The translations under genes were made by a program, and so were the position numbers. From an uncultured bacterium (GTDB lineage: Bacteria > Muiribacteriota > Ozemobacteria > Ozemobacterales > Ozemobacteraceae), in the NCBI GenBank assembly GCA_964596185.1, contig CAZQUE010000001.1, positions 135,460 to 199,459 on the forward strand: a stretch of DNA of 64,000 nucleotides. Reading direction: 5' to 3'. This document shows, piece by piece, positions 38,601-45,309 of the stretch. The first letter of the stretch is position 1. Each line of letters begins with the position of its first letter. A model generated the notes under the pieces. That model made no database searches, had not been told where the DNA came from, and saw nothing but the letters and a program-made list of their open reading frames with translations.

Positions 38601-40579
38601 TATTGTGTCGTTGCACCGACTCGAGGCATGGCCAGAGTCGGCGGGCCGCCGATTGAGGAGAAATCTGCGGTCAAGGCGAGCGGGTCAACGAATCCCAGGG
38701 TCGGTACATCGGCGGTGACGACTATTTTACAGGTCGTTGTCGCGACATTGTAGGTCGAGGGGGTATTGTCAGGGAACCAGACTTCGGCGCTGACGGAGAT
38801 GTCTCCGTTGAAGAATTTCTTGGCCGGTGTGGTCGCGGTTACTGAATGAGCAATTACATTGGTGCCCGTAGAAATTACTGTGTCTCTAGCGGTAACGACG
38901 AAGGTTCTGAGACCTTCAACGTAAGGTACCCCCGTTCCCGAAGCGGGAAGGGTGAAAGTGCCTGAATACGTGTCACCGGTAATGTACACCAGTGGTGAAT
39001 AGGTTGCCAGGCCGATACTTGAAAGGTTTACCGTTACTGAGCCGGTTTCGATAAGCGTTGCGTCTGCGGTTATGGTAAAGGTTTGTCCGGTGGTAACCGT
39101 GGCGTCGGCGCTGGTTAAGGTGATATTGGTCAGAGTCGGTGAAATGTTGTCGATGTGCACGGCGGGTGTCGTCGCTTGTACAACTGTGTTGCCGGCCTGG
39201 TCGACGGCTGTTACGACGAAGTTAAGATTTTGATTGTCTTCGGTTGCGCCGGCGACAATAGGATAAGTGTATCGGAAAAAATAAGGAAAAAGCATACTCA
39301 TCGGCTGGGCTGCTGGCCCACCGATGGGCGTCAGATCGACATTCAGGGTTAGAGTGTCGGGTGGCACATTGATCGGAATTGATGCAACAATTTCGAGTTG
39401 GCAGGTTGTCGTGCCGACATCGTATTGAGAGTTTGCTCCAAAAGGTTGAAGAATATTGGCGTAAAGGATATCGAAAGCTGGAGTTTCAAGATCGACTCCA
39501 ATATAGCGCTCGACGGTGCGAACGTTGCCGATGTCATCCGTGAAGGTAAAAACTACAAGAAGTGCGCTGTTTTTGATATCAGCGTCACTGAGATTGACGT
39601 CGAGTTGCCAGAGTGCAGGGTTTCCTTCACCGGATGAGCTAATCAGAGGCATCGCTACATCTGCAGATATTACTGGATTGGCTCCGGCGGTAAGTCCTGG
39701 TATTCTCACTGTGACAGTTTCATTGTCGTACTGAGAAACTACTGCGCTTAAGCGAAGAACGTCGCCGGCCAGAGCAGTCGTGTTTCCAGAGAGAACGGTA
39801 ACAGTTGTCTGAGCTGCATCAACCTGAGGAGGGCGAGTATCTAGCATAAAATCGTTGGTCACAAAAACAAAGGCCGGGTGCAGAGGATCTTTGAGCGTAA
39901 TCTGAAGTGCGCCAGTATATTCCCGGTTGGTTAGATAAAGCTGAGTGCTTGCATCGAGCTCAAGTTCAAAATAAGGAGTAGGCAGCGCACCTATGTAAGG
40001 AACTTCTACCGCACCGCCTCCGCCGATCGGAATCAGGTTAACCCAGGCTTTTGTTCCACCATAAGGTGCAGGCTGGTATCTCGTATCTTCTATTCTGATA
40101 GTAATATCCTGGCCGTTGGGAACCAGCAGAGGTGAAACCTGCGGATTTTGTCCTGCGACCTGGCAGAGATCGACTAGCATGGTGTTGGTAATTTCGCTCG
40201 GCAAAGCTCCCCCAATCGTCTGGGCACGAACCGTAACACTGGTATTGGCAAAATTCAATGTATTGACATATTCATTGAGGACTACGTCTACCTGATATTG
40301 CCCGATAGGCTGATTTACCATGTTCATGACGTATTCGCCGAGTCCAAGATTCGAGCAGTCGGCAAAAGGTGGAATTAACCACGCTTCAGTTAAAGGGTTG
40401 GTATAGGTTGCCACTGCCGCAATGCGCACTGTATCGCCAAAGTTCGCATAGCCGTTGCCGTCAACATCGTTTTGCAGGGTGAGATAAACAGCATCGATTT
40501 CGATAACCGCTTCTACCGGTGCAGAAAATAAAAATATCGAAAAAATCAAAGCGAAGAACAGCAGACTTAATCGCTTCAT
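26696..40579 (-). CDS. Giant (4627 aa) secreted cadherin/Ig-like repeat surface protein with T9SS C-terminal sorting domain
   Basis: Signal peptide MKRLSLLFFALIFSIFLFSAPVEA. Four tandem ~215-aa repeats near the N-terminus, with many further modules. The C-terminal ~1000 aa is paralogous to the 3260-aa protein (DLTPPVL..SAFSNPANE.., ...ANGVYFARIEIKDPDNPSKKVKETFKIAILR). AAGGAG SD. Confidence 0.85.
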   Translation of the reverse strand: MKRLSLLFFALIFSIFLFSAPVEAVIEIDAVYLTLQNDVDGNGYANFGDTVRIAAVATYTNPLTEAWLIPPFADCSNLGLGEYVMNMVNQPIGQYQVDVVLNEYVNTLNFANTSVTVRAQTIGGALPSEITNTMLVDLCQVAGQNPQVSPLLVPNGQDITIRIEDTRYQPAPYGGTKAWVNLIPIGGGGAVEVPYIGALPTPYFELELDASTQLYLTNREYTGALQITLKDPLHPAFVFVTNDFMLDTRPPQVDAAQTTVTVLSGNTTALAGDVLRLSAVVSQYDNETVTVRIPGLTAGANPVISADVAMPLISSSGEGNPALWQLDVNLSDADIKNSALLVVFTFTDDIGNVRTVERYIGVDLETPAFDILYANILQPFGANSQYDVGTTTCQLEIVASIPINVPPDTLTLNVDLTPIGGPAAQPMSMLFPYFFRYTYPIVAGATEDNQNLNFVVTAVDQAGNTVVQATTPAVHIDNISPTLTNITLTSADATVTTGQTFTITADATLIETGSVTVNLSSIGLATYSPLVYITGDTYSGTFTLPASGTGVPYVEGLRTFVVTARDTVISTGTNVIAHSVTATTPAKKFFNGDISVSAEVWFPDNTPSTYNVATTTCKIVVTADVPTLGFVDPLALTADFSSIGGPPTLAMPRVGATTQYRCIYEVPPGTTEDVVYNSFTVTINDKDGDRLALVDAVPTVAVDNVQPTFGNITVTSVQPTVISGESFTVTAEANLIEAGSLTIDLSSIGLGAFEPLNFVSGNLYSNTFVLQASSTIAPFTVPLVEGPRSFVITAHDTIATTTVGLVAHTVTANTPDHKFYNGNFTLTADVLYPDDADSPYDVATTSCKIVISAVVPVQGMITPLSASVDLSAIGGSPTQAMPRVGATDEYRTVYTIPAGTPALEDNLYHNFTVTILDKDSTQIFQRDTTPAIGIDNIQPTLSGITITAAQPTILAGMDFTITAQATQIEAGSVTVDLTPLGFSSEWSVATLTLQSGTTYSGTFTLPTLSVASAGLVVEGNKTLKVSANDTIATTTAAVIAHMVSDYTPTYKFFNRPYELNIRVLMPDNTPVVNDYATATCKLEIVASLTASTLLTPLNATVDLSSIGGPAALAMPKVAGLDNYRAVYTIPAGSLEDDTYYNFPVTILDKDGTQLLKDDTNPPIRIDSTLPVITSATLTNSDSIINVGDTFTITANVTGVELGSVSVDLSAIDMTYPIPTMVNLPETSPGVYSANFTLKDSITAGVICDADTSFKITVNDTIGNPYLDDAHYVSLNTNSMMIDNEPPYIAGIASNSYHNVNTDIDNGYVRIQDYLSFHADIASASQATGELTSITINMLPLGQPANTNMLASSSFPGWFDYVLPGGVPTGTINLVNTGFTVTAVDNANNATSTIIYIPIDNYPITVNGFDVDSSVYKAGRTDSAIGTINFNKIVSFNIPYSTFPIDHATGTIDLSAIGGPSNQLLASDSASYSYVIPTASTTYEALGHKFNAVLFDQAGNSTLAQSNSYTVDCQLPEILGATATVQAGTLPLAIGDRIRFSVLVKNHENVAPTIDLTTLGGSDKQALTATGGGNYAYIAEIGTGTWDGELASFSVTAWDNDQNYVSTFTTELAIDNSPPVLADILWFESDNNPVNIGSTASFTLRITSTTSAGPVTLDLTAIGYSAAETMDFDGIDTYTWGQAPVLYTQAADQEYTDYVFKARVYDSNNNLAFAESAQFNIDCQPISFSADGIEISQTNGDNPVANVANINDVLTVYASAAAYLDAVSIQATIGSGTVDFATATMVYNSAMNRHEATFVVSAPGVSNWGINNGNTLYYKLTAEDDAANISTMVQGNSTFTVRNERPTMVATTDLNPNYDLNTAYNLGTSTVGDLLHVDAYLSGDTTMNRAWIDFSDCGSGTVEMAVAASSATTIAGIPVSSLPPINGETREIYVIGQDEGGNKDFATFTYTIDNVAPQIVSAEFDGTTIRVNLSEVYENASIDMSKWTLVGSASAPLGTPAYLNFAANVPDTTNLYSFDITLDAAQQITVGNWASTPVYLQITNSGASPLTDLFANELPTAAFYPVTITDSSWRELPEVSQVAMTQNWPAATVIDIYFNKEVEPTTLSASSGVLLYKNLTYDYSSVDYADGYVFTPSDTISWPDALNNHVRITLNASGTDWIARKIGTANTLKFAIRDGMSFVKDNLQRSVKAISSQSPMDAADNRPTPAFNFDVVVPELDMASRSLKLTASDRLLLFTNDFTRANSTDPLVNTPVPSLSRRVTGFHNQIILHEYDSGASLVLQLEDLQLPTDNLYASTTISLKLTTTDVDNVINLFQSSATPDWRLQINAGAFTNLWGTNNTAYLPSGNPGPLNMIYPVGYNAATVAACSMSDKPPVNQKAINELAFEVEIFPPNLDGAPVPIQTQAQPAAQIKRQDNDAVICNGSFISYSNRTVDGLERTVARFTNAAAFPAGLQRVPVYVEVTNIRDIFDTAYVVTASQAYDLNLKSDSAPGGFTDTASVTIELDTQKPSVVQVIPGDYIGRLPYGSEFRVEFSEAMDPNVIPTLRLATGTTTMSFTFSYWIASETAVFTNNTAFTEATANGVWTWEVTGGRDEATNSFDTTFTDPVEVRTYAPEVSSGNVSVRTVQPTVDVTATLIDQPWSRDLGDATFQIVYSTDTVQHWPHVLEVYDAANTRYGQVAISVPVSRVATATFTNADFDPLFDPGVSGPTDYKIRIIDSAMNQTDQVATLTYDNLAPDVTSITMTGIGSETTNISYYNPMIGAFNLNATTGISSDELKLAIYSVTDNATTTYDMTQTSLRNYNVSTGNMLAEGAYILSIIDRAGNIGTGLAQRGLIVDKSNPTVLSVVPDTLIGNSPADGTTFTVIFSEPMDAGIEPTLTLATAGTTITMNFAGWADANLASTAYYTNAIEIETSMPSGFYNYDIVGGKDLAGNILIAPSAGTFKVEVMTDGPFAQISHLTDQSAVYGVADGIKTNYAFNGVGSATINITYPAGPFNTPHRLNVYDKDDVLVSSSGAVLNNINEQLIFPNDFNLTDPLYTYTDQTYSFKLIDDEDNVSGSALASSLKYDATAPDVATITISGLGTFSTGAYYYSPNQGDVQFTVETNNDETLKFVFLSPAVSPVATQAIDLETTDARTHVATFGSTLVDDVYIIGAVDTAGNIGNNATLLIVDSDAPTVSSATPLIAGGHAAGTGVFVIEFDEAMNRSVTPTANIASTSTTIPLTFTSWIDATHCQFTNTNDLTLYNTGSYSYQITGARDLAGNENENPLIGSFTIDLYTQSPLVTAVLYSQQPMVSADIRMNEPFSLNVAPGVATLTLYYNEAPTQIPHMLWIYDNDDNLTASITFTPDVGNKIASITVDANFFDNIDATPGDEPGNNGPLSYKFKLVDQIGNISATNSTIITYDALAPVIDSAAIGPVSDGSNDPLYYNEALYGPLYLKFGSTATDSLRLVIAGNNATNTYSLNLDDAADEYSASLTTSQASALATGTYTITAVDLAGNFATGASATTVLIIDRQAPTVTGVVSLNGEPLTSEPIGGATFTVTFNESMKASATPLLSIATGSTVIGCAFDSWLDAPAYTQAQFVTTSEITPDLPQGEYEYRVTGWDLTGNKLDNAVVGTVVVQSRGPVIATIFAESMQATTASGTEILRDTPFSFAVAPNAATLTVTLSQDPDALPINLHFMQSGVTVASYPLTYDAVSKSATFTWSLTNGPVPTIYPTTYQIKLVDDSGDFSLESYDWTVDASAPVALDLPTVTRGAVATDSVYFNPSRQSYLNVSFNSVDTDALRMRIRGANSTDTYALNAAGANTWAGNFDGRYSRGTDPKPLMPDGIYSLDLVDQAGNVGLLASGDPILYNIIIDTVEPAVSTYSTYVNGNPVTAYSPAAGNLEIRVESTDTLSESGIFWVDVLNSSNIKIKQLPLTDSGAYFSAFWDGTNSAGSTVLDGTYSFRATDYAGNPANISISIFALTTPFKVVGAVQISSSTAKLVFNHEVDANLAGAAITAAGLTISNIQKIEAQAVSFSVTPNFAHQATYEFQATPGTISSIYGAGIAAPNNTAPMLADGQGPVLSSVNFSGLSGQQEFKVVFDESYKPATAGDIGKYSLTGPSGALAIAAATTQADTKTVLLTAASNLIENADYQISVTGIEDVYGNLSPSPNSINFKGRDLTPPVLEVSAFSNPANESDIIVVVVSNEDLKAPPVLQIAQSNAPVITTNMQQGANSRSFMIGVHLSPSYPGNGTLVATAQDLAGNQGSGNSTFAVAYLSANKVASVKSADEKLVAEFSTGSLKDNAMFKIMGHRLEAGNETSTSIRTALQQQARLALGLRASQTQASAIDQTELKPVSMAYEVAIAAEKVKEGFNVFVEIPQATSTTGLGLFYQTNDQWKFLTAKPTRGSSFAAKAASTQLFAILRDVKGPEVALAADIDLNEPFRTPRPEFRGKITDAGSGLDITTVTAHIDSGPAQNVTVDNSGNFTFKPMADLTGGWHDLVIRAKDNTGNDSAMTAVRFEVVVPLQITQIAQYPNPARVRTFIRISANRGDVSEDLVKVKIYDVAGHRVATLDGIKPVNEKWGINARYLYDIPWDLRNASGKLVANGVYFARIEIKDPDNPSKKVKETFKIAILR
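36750..39200 (-). repeat. Intragenic tandem repeats (~650-690 bp, 3.5 units) inside the 4627-aa gene
   Basis: Repeat boundaries recur near 39170, 38520, 37810 and 37130 (for example ...gtcgacggcgacggttggtac... / ...gtcgatgccgattgctggtgt...). Protein units start (I/V)DN(I/V)xPT(L/F) and are ~40-50% identical to each other. Confidence 0.6.
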
Positions 40580-41022
40580 GGCAACTCCTTAGACGTATCC
40601 GGGCGATATACAAACATTTGTTGATCCTTGTTTGCGGCAAATTTTGACAATTCAGACTATTATTCTTTCTGTATATCGGTTGATGAATGTGAATAATTTA
40701 TTTTTTTGTTTCGTGCGGACGTATGGAACAGCCCCTACATTTGTTCTGGGTTGGGATTTTGGTGTTAAAATTGTTGTCGTTGTTGTCGTCGGGCATTTTA
40801 AGAACTGCTTCTCCGGGTTGGTTTTTACCTGGAAAATTTTCTATAATGAAAACAGAGAAATTTTCGGAGGATCGCAATGAAAGACCTGAAGCGACTATAG
40901 AAAAACTTTTCCAGGTGGAAAGGTTTTATCAGTGTTTCTGAAGGAATCACCCGGCAATTGTCGGAAAAAACAAGCATTAAAGCCATCTGGCGCGGTGCCC
41001 GGCCTTGTGTTAAAATTCATTC

Positions 41023-41868
41023 ATGAAAGAAAAAAATCGATTTTTTGGTCGGATACTCAAAGCCGATAAAAGCCTGCTCAATCTTAGCGAAAACAGCTTT
41101 GCGATTCGCCGGCGCAGCGGCGAGGAAATTCTGCTTTTCGCTCTTAACGGAAAAATGTTGCGCCTGTTGGCCGGCGATTGTGATCATGCCCCAGACACTA
41201 TCGTTTGTGAGCTTTTGCCTGACGTGACCCAGGAAATCGCCGAAGACGGCTGGAACCTTGCCGATGGCGTGTTGCGCATTCCCTTCATGACCAAAATCGA
41301 TCTGAACCAGGTCGAACTGGTTGATATGATTGCCAACATCGAAATTCGCGATTTTCCCGGACACATGAAAGGGCTGATCGCCAGACGCATGCGCCAGGCT
41401 GATTTTGCCAGATTCAAAGAAGTTGAAGATCGCTGTGCCCTATTGACATCTGCTTTAAATGAACATTTGACCGAGGCGGCAGAAATCCCGCTTGTCGATG
41501 TCATTTCTTTCGGCGAAGGGCAGCCTTCTCAGGGCGACGCCGCGCTGAGCGGTATGCTGTTGACCGGTCGCTGCTTTGCTTTAGGTCGCCGCTTTAATGT
41601 TAACTGGTATAACCGTTTGCGTGTAGAAGTCAGAAGATTGTTGCATCGCACCGATTTTCGCGGTCGCAATTTGCTTGGTTATGCTCTTGAAGGACGAATG
41701 ACGGCTATTCAAAGACGCTTTTTCGAGGCAATGGCCCGCGATTATGAATGTGCCGACGAAATTCAGGTGAAAGAACTTGCAGCTGCTGAAGATTTTAATG
41801 GTCGCGCTTTTTTGATCGGTTGTTTCGCCGCCCTCGAAATGATTCAGAAAAGTCTTTTTCAGCGCTAA
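41023..41868 (+). CDS. Hypothetical cytoplasmic protein (281 aa)
   Basis: Clean ORF with ATG start, no signal peptide, and no SD. Transcribed divergently from the giant gene across a 440-bp intergenic region. I recognise no motifs. Confidence 0.45.
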   Translation: MKEKNRFFGRILKADKSLLNLSENSFAIRRRSGEEILLFALNGKMLRLLAGDCDHAPDTIVCELLPDVTQEIAEDGWNLADGVLRIPFMTKIDLNQVELVDMIANIEIRDFPGHMKGLIARRMRQADFARFKEVEDRCALLTSALNEHLTEAAEIPLVDVISFGEGQPSQGDAALSGMLLTGRCFALGRRFNVNWYNRLRVEVRRLLHRTDFRGRNLLGYALEGRMTAIQRRFFEAMARDYECADEIQVKELAAAEDFNGRAFLIGCFAALEMIQKSLFQR

Positions 41869-41962
41869 GAAAAAGACCTCTCTTATAGGAAAAACACTGA
41901 TTGAGGAGGATCGTCTGATTATCCCTTCGGCGCACAAGCTCGTCGGGCGATGACGTTGCCCC

Positions 41963-42005
41963 CCAAAAAAAAGGGCTTTGAGAATTTCTCAAAGCCCTTT
42001 TTCGC
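41963..42005. terminator. Bidirectional rho-independent terminator
   Basis: Hairpin aagggctttgagaa-tt-tctcaaagccctt (41971-42000) flanked by A8 upstream and T5 downstream. It lies between the convergent genes 41023..41868(+) and 42019..42540(-). Confidence 0.55.
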
Positions 42006-42018
42006 AGATTTTAACGAT

Positions 42019-42540
42019 TTACATTGATGCTTCTGTGGTTGGTTTGATTAAAAAAGTCGTTTGAAAAAAGATTTCTTCCGGAGAGAAGAATTTGGGATTC
42101 GCCTGCTGTTTTTGAAGGTTTTCCATTTGGGTTGATTGCTGGCCGGTGAGAAAGGCGTCGAAATCATTCATGAATTTTTCAATCGCGCTGTTAGCTTTAG
42201 AACGAATCATCGGATGATTTTTAATCTCGGTTTTCAGCGAGCCGATTTCTTCAGGTGAGAAGCGGTTGCTGATGTTTTTGAGGAAATTTTTGGTCTCGGG
42301 GGTAATGCCCTGATCGAAAACTTTGGTTGCTACAACTGATGCGGCCAGAGAAATCTGGTTTTCTTTGGGCATATTGTCGGTCATGCTCCAGAACTGGCTG
42401 ATTATGTCGTCTTTATTGAAAGAAGTATGGCTCATTTTGCGGCCTTCGTTGTCGAAACCGATTGATATTTCAGGTCTGGAATTGTTCAAGGGCTTGTTGT
42501 AACGACTGAACATATTCTGGCTATAAGCGCTCACGTTCAT
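42019..42540 (-). CDS. Hypothetical protein (173 aa)
   Basis: ATG start with an AGGAGG SD. Hydrophilic and rich in N, K and S. No recognisable motif. Confidence 0.45.
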   Translation of the reverse strand: MNVSAYSQNMFSRYNKPLNNSRPEISIGFDNEGRKMSHTSFNKDDIISQFWSMTDNMPKENQISLAASVVATKVFDQGITPETKNFLKNISNRFSPEEIGSLKTEIKNHPMIRSKANSAIEKFMNDFDAFLTGQQSTQMENLQKQQANPKFFSPEEIFFQTTFLIKPTTEASM

Positions 42541-42622
42541 ATTTTTGCCTCCTGTTTATTCTATTCTTAGAAAACTATCGGCACTTTGCCCTACGTAGTT
42601 TAGGGGTAAAAATTTTTGTAAA

Positions 42623-42654
42623 AAAAACGGTCGGGCATGGTGGCCCGACCTTAC
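42623..42654 (-). terminator. Rho-independent terminator downstream of hisS
   Basis: Hairpin ggtcgggc-catggt-gcccgacc with a plus-strand A8 run (42623-42630), which is a T-run after the hairpin on the minus strand. Confidence 0.5.
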
Positions 42655-42804
42655 AGTGTCTTTGTTAAACAGGTATTCGTAGGGGTCGACCACTGTGTCG
42701 CCCCGCAGGATTTGTTGGCAAATGAATTTATGGATTCTTTGTGACTCTGCGGCTTGGTGTGATGCAATTGTGAAGCAATTTTATTGCCGGTTAATTGCTT
42801 TGAA

Positions 42805-44148
42805 TCAGCCTTTTACAAAAGTGGCCGCTTCGGCCCAGGGCAGCACCTGCTGCTCACCGCTGGCGAGATTTTTTATGCTGATTTTCTTTTCGGCCGCTTC
42901 GCTGGCCCCGAGAATGGCAACCCAGGCTGCGCCGAGCGATTCAGCGTAGGCGATCTGTTTGCCGAGTTTGGGGGTTTCGGGATAAACCTCGACCTTAAGA
43001 CCATTCTGGCGAAAAGCCCTGGCAGCGGCCAGAACTTCGCTGTCGGCAACGTCGTTGAAGTGACAGAGCACCAGTTGCGGGCCAACCGGCAGCTTTGCAA
43101 AAAGTCCCTTCTCTTCAAGAATGATTACCAAACGTTCAAAGCCGATGGAAAAACCCACGGCGGGAATTTCTTTGCCTTTGAACATGCCGATAAGGCCATC
43201 GTAACGACCGCCGCCACCGATACTGCCATTGAGCTCGGGTGAGCGAATCTCAAAAATCGGGCCGGTGTAATAGCCGAGGCCGCGGGCGAGAGTGGCGTCA
43301 ATAAAATATTTTCCGGCTGCTTCAGTATTGTCGAGCAGGCGGGTTAACTCTTCGAGTTGGGTCAGATGCTGTCCGGCATCGGCGCCGAGGCAGCGGCCAA
43401 GTCTTTCGAGTTCTTCTTTTTCAGAAAGCCCCTCAGGTCTTTGGATCATTTGCAGGAGCTTTTCGGCAGCATTTTGCTCGATGCCGCGTTCGCTAAGTTC
43501 TTTGGCAACGCCTTCGACGCCGATTTTGTCGAGTTTGTCGACGGCGACCAGGGTTGTGGCTTCGTTTGCTTCGGCGATGCCTGCCGCGCTGATCAGGCAT
43601 TTGAGCAGCTGGCGATGATTGATGCTGATGGTGAAATTGTGAAAACCGAGCTGATTGAAAACTTCAGCTACGGCCGAACAGACTTCGGCTTCGGCAAGCA
43701 TTGAGGTCGTGCCGGTTATGTCGACATCGCATTGTAAAAACTCGCGATAGCGGCCTTTCCCAGGGCGGTCTGCGCGCCATACGGGTTGAATCTGGTAACG
43801 TTTGAAAAACTTGGGCAGATCCGGATAGTTGGCGATAACTCGGGCCAGGGGCACGGTAAGATCGTAGCGCAGGCCCATGTCAGCAAGGTCTTTTTCATCA
43901 ACTTCGGCATTTTCAAGGGCTCGGGCAAGTTTGTCGCGCCGATGTAGAATGCGAAAAAGCAGCTGATCACCTTCGTCGCCGTATTTTCCCAGCAGAGTCG
44001 TCAGGTTTTCGATCGAAGGTGTTTCAATCTGGACAAATCCATACTTTTCATAAACCTGTTGAATGGTGGTGATGACGAATTTGCGCCGAGCCAGTTCTTC
44101 TGGCATGAAGTCGCGCATTCCGCTGGGTGGCTTGGTTGAGATGGCCAT
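42805..44148 (-). CDS. hisS: Histidine--tRNA ligase
   Basis: N-terminal KPPSGMRDFMPEE (the GxRD motif), class II motifs, and GGGGRYDGLIGMF near the C-terminal end of the catalytic core. 447 aa. Confidence 0.9.
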   Translation of the reverse strand: MAISTKPPSGMRDFMPEELARRKFVITTIQQVYEKYGFVQIETPSIENLTTLLGKYGDEGDQLLFRILHRRDKLARALENAEVDEKDLADMGLRYDLTVPLARVIANYPDLPKFFKRYQIQPVWRADRPGKGRYREFLQCDVDITGTTSMLAEAEVCSAVAEVFNQLGFHNFTISINHRQLLKCLISAAGIAEANEATTLVAVDKLDKIGVEGVAKELSERGIEQNAAEKLLQMIQRPEGLSEKEELERLGRCLGADAGQHLTQLEELTRLLDNTEAAGKYFIDATLARGLGYYTGPIFEIRSPELNGSIGGGGRYDGLIGMFKGKEIPAVGFSIGFERLVIILEEKGLFAKLPVGPQLVLCHFNDVADSEVLAAARAFRQNGLKVEVYPETPKLGKQIAYAESLGAAWVAILGASEAAEKKISIKNLASGEQQVLPWAEAATFVKG

Positions 44149-44481
44149 TTGCTTTTATCTTCCTCTGAGTAGATGTGCTCCCTTTGAACTTCTGAAGCCA
44201 TTAGTTGATAACAGAGGCGCGGGTAGATTGTCAATATTGCGATAGGTGCCGTCAAGGTCGATATTGAACTGGTTAGTGCCGGTATTCATTTCTTTTCCTC
44301 CTGAAATACTCTTACCATCTTATATCGGTAAATCAGCAGAAAAACTTCAGCCTTATCAGTTTGGGTAAAACTCTGAATTATGGGTTTCCTATATAAAAGC
44401 TCATTCAATTATTCCCCTGTTTTGTCCAAGCCTCCCGCAAAGCCTCAAAGCCTCAAAGACACAAAGAATAGATCGGGCTCT

Positions 44482-45306
44482 TTATTTGTTCTTTTGTCGC
44501 TGGGGCTTCATGGCTGCAAGCAGCTTAAAACCGTCTTTGAGCTGTGGAAAATGTGGGCTGAGCAGCTTATACATTTTTCTGGCGACAAACAGGCCTAAGA
44601 TGCTGAAAAATGCTGATATGCCGGCCGGCAGCCACAAAGGAATGCTGAATTGCCGGTCGAAATCGGTAAACAAAACGATTTCTTTCGGCTGCCCCGCCGA
44701 TAGGTCAGATTCTTCAAGCCGAATCGCGACAATGGTGCGGTCGTCGCCATCATAGCGAATTGCCGCCTCGTTCCAGAAAAACTGCAGTTTTTCCGGAGAA
44801 AAGCGATGCTGAAGGTCTTCAAGTAAATTTTTCAGATAATTGTCTTGCAGGGCTGCGCTGATGCCTTCGGAAACCATGATGAAATGGTCGTCGAGGCAAA
44901 AGTCCAGGCTTGTGCTTTTTATGGCCGGCATGGTTAAGTGGGGTTTTCCGGTAAACTTTTTATTGGCAGCAATCAGACAATTGCCGTGCCATAAAAGGTT
45001 GGCTTTGCCTCTATGGATCCAGATGGCGGCAAAGCCATCGATGCCGGCCGGGTATTCGGCATTGGTTTCGGCTAATGCGGCCGCAGCAAACTCGGCCAGA
45101 CGCTCTTGCCCTTCTTCAGCTGAGAAGAGAAATGAGTTTTCGAGCAGTGACGTGGCAAGGAGCTGCAGCAGAAGACGGGCTGCAGAACTGCCGTCGGCAC
45201 CCTTTCCGTCGGCAAGCAGGCCCAGACGATTTTTGCGGTCGAGATGAACGGCATCCTGGTTGTGCTCGCGAATTGTACCAGCCGCTGTCAGCGACGAAAT
45301 CAACAT
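44482..45306 (-). CDS. PP2C-family Ser/Thr phosphatase-like protein with C-terminal TM anchor
   Basis: GTIREHNQDAV (compare GxxRxxNED), LADGKGADGSSAA (compare DGMGGHxxG), DGDDRTIVAIRL (compare DNxTVIVV), and a C-terminal hydrophobic helix. The start codon is 3 nt after the upstream ATPase stop. Confidence 0.55.
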   Translation of the reverse strand: MLISSLTAAGTIREHNQDAVHLDRKNRLGLLADGKGADGSSAARLLLQLLATSLLENSFLFSAEEGQERLAEFAAAALAETNAEYPAGIDGFAAIWIHRGKANLLWHGNCLIAANKKFTGKPHLTMPAIKSTSLDFCLDDHFIMVSEGISAALQDNYLKNLLEDLQHRFSPEKLQFFWNEAAIRYDGDDRTIVAIRLEESDLSAGQPKEIVLFTDFDRQFSIPLWLPAGISAFFSILGLFVARKMYKLLSPHFPQLKDGFKLLAAMKPQRQKNK

Positions 45307-45309
45307 CGG

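Noticed and set aside
44149-44481. 330-bp intergenic region with a short caaagcctc x2 direct repeat, considered for tRNA, sRNA or CRISPR
   Set aside because: Only two short repeat units are present. No tRNA-like GTTC...TCC arms or cloverleaf could be found, and no repeat-spacer periodicity.
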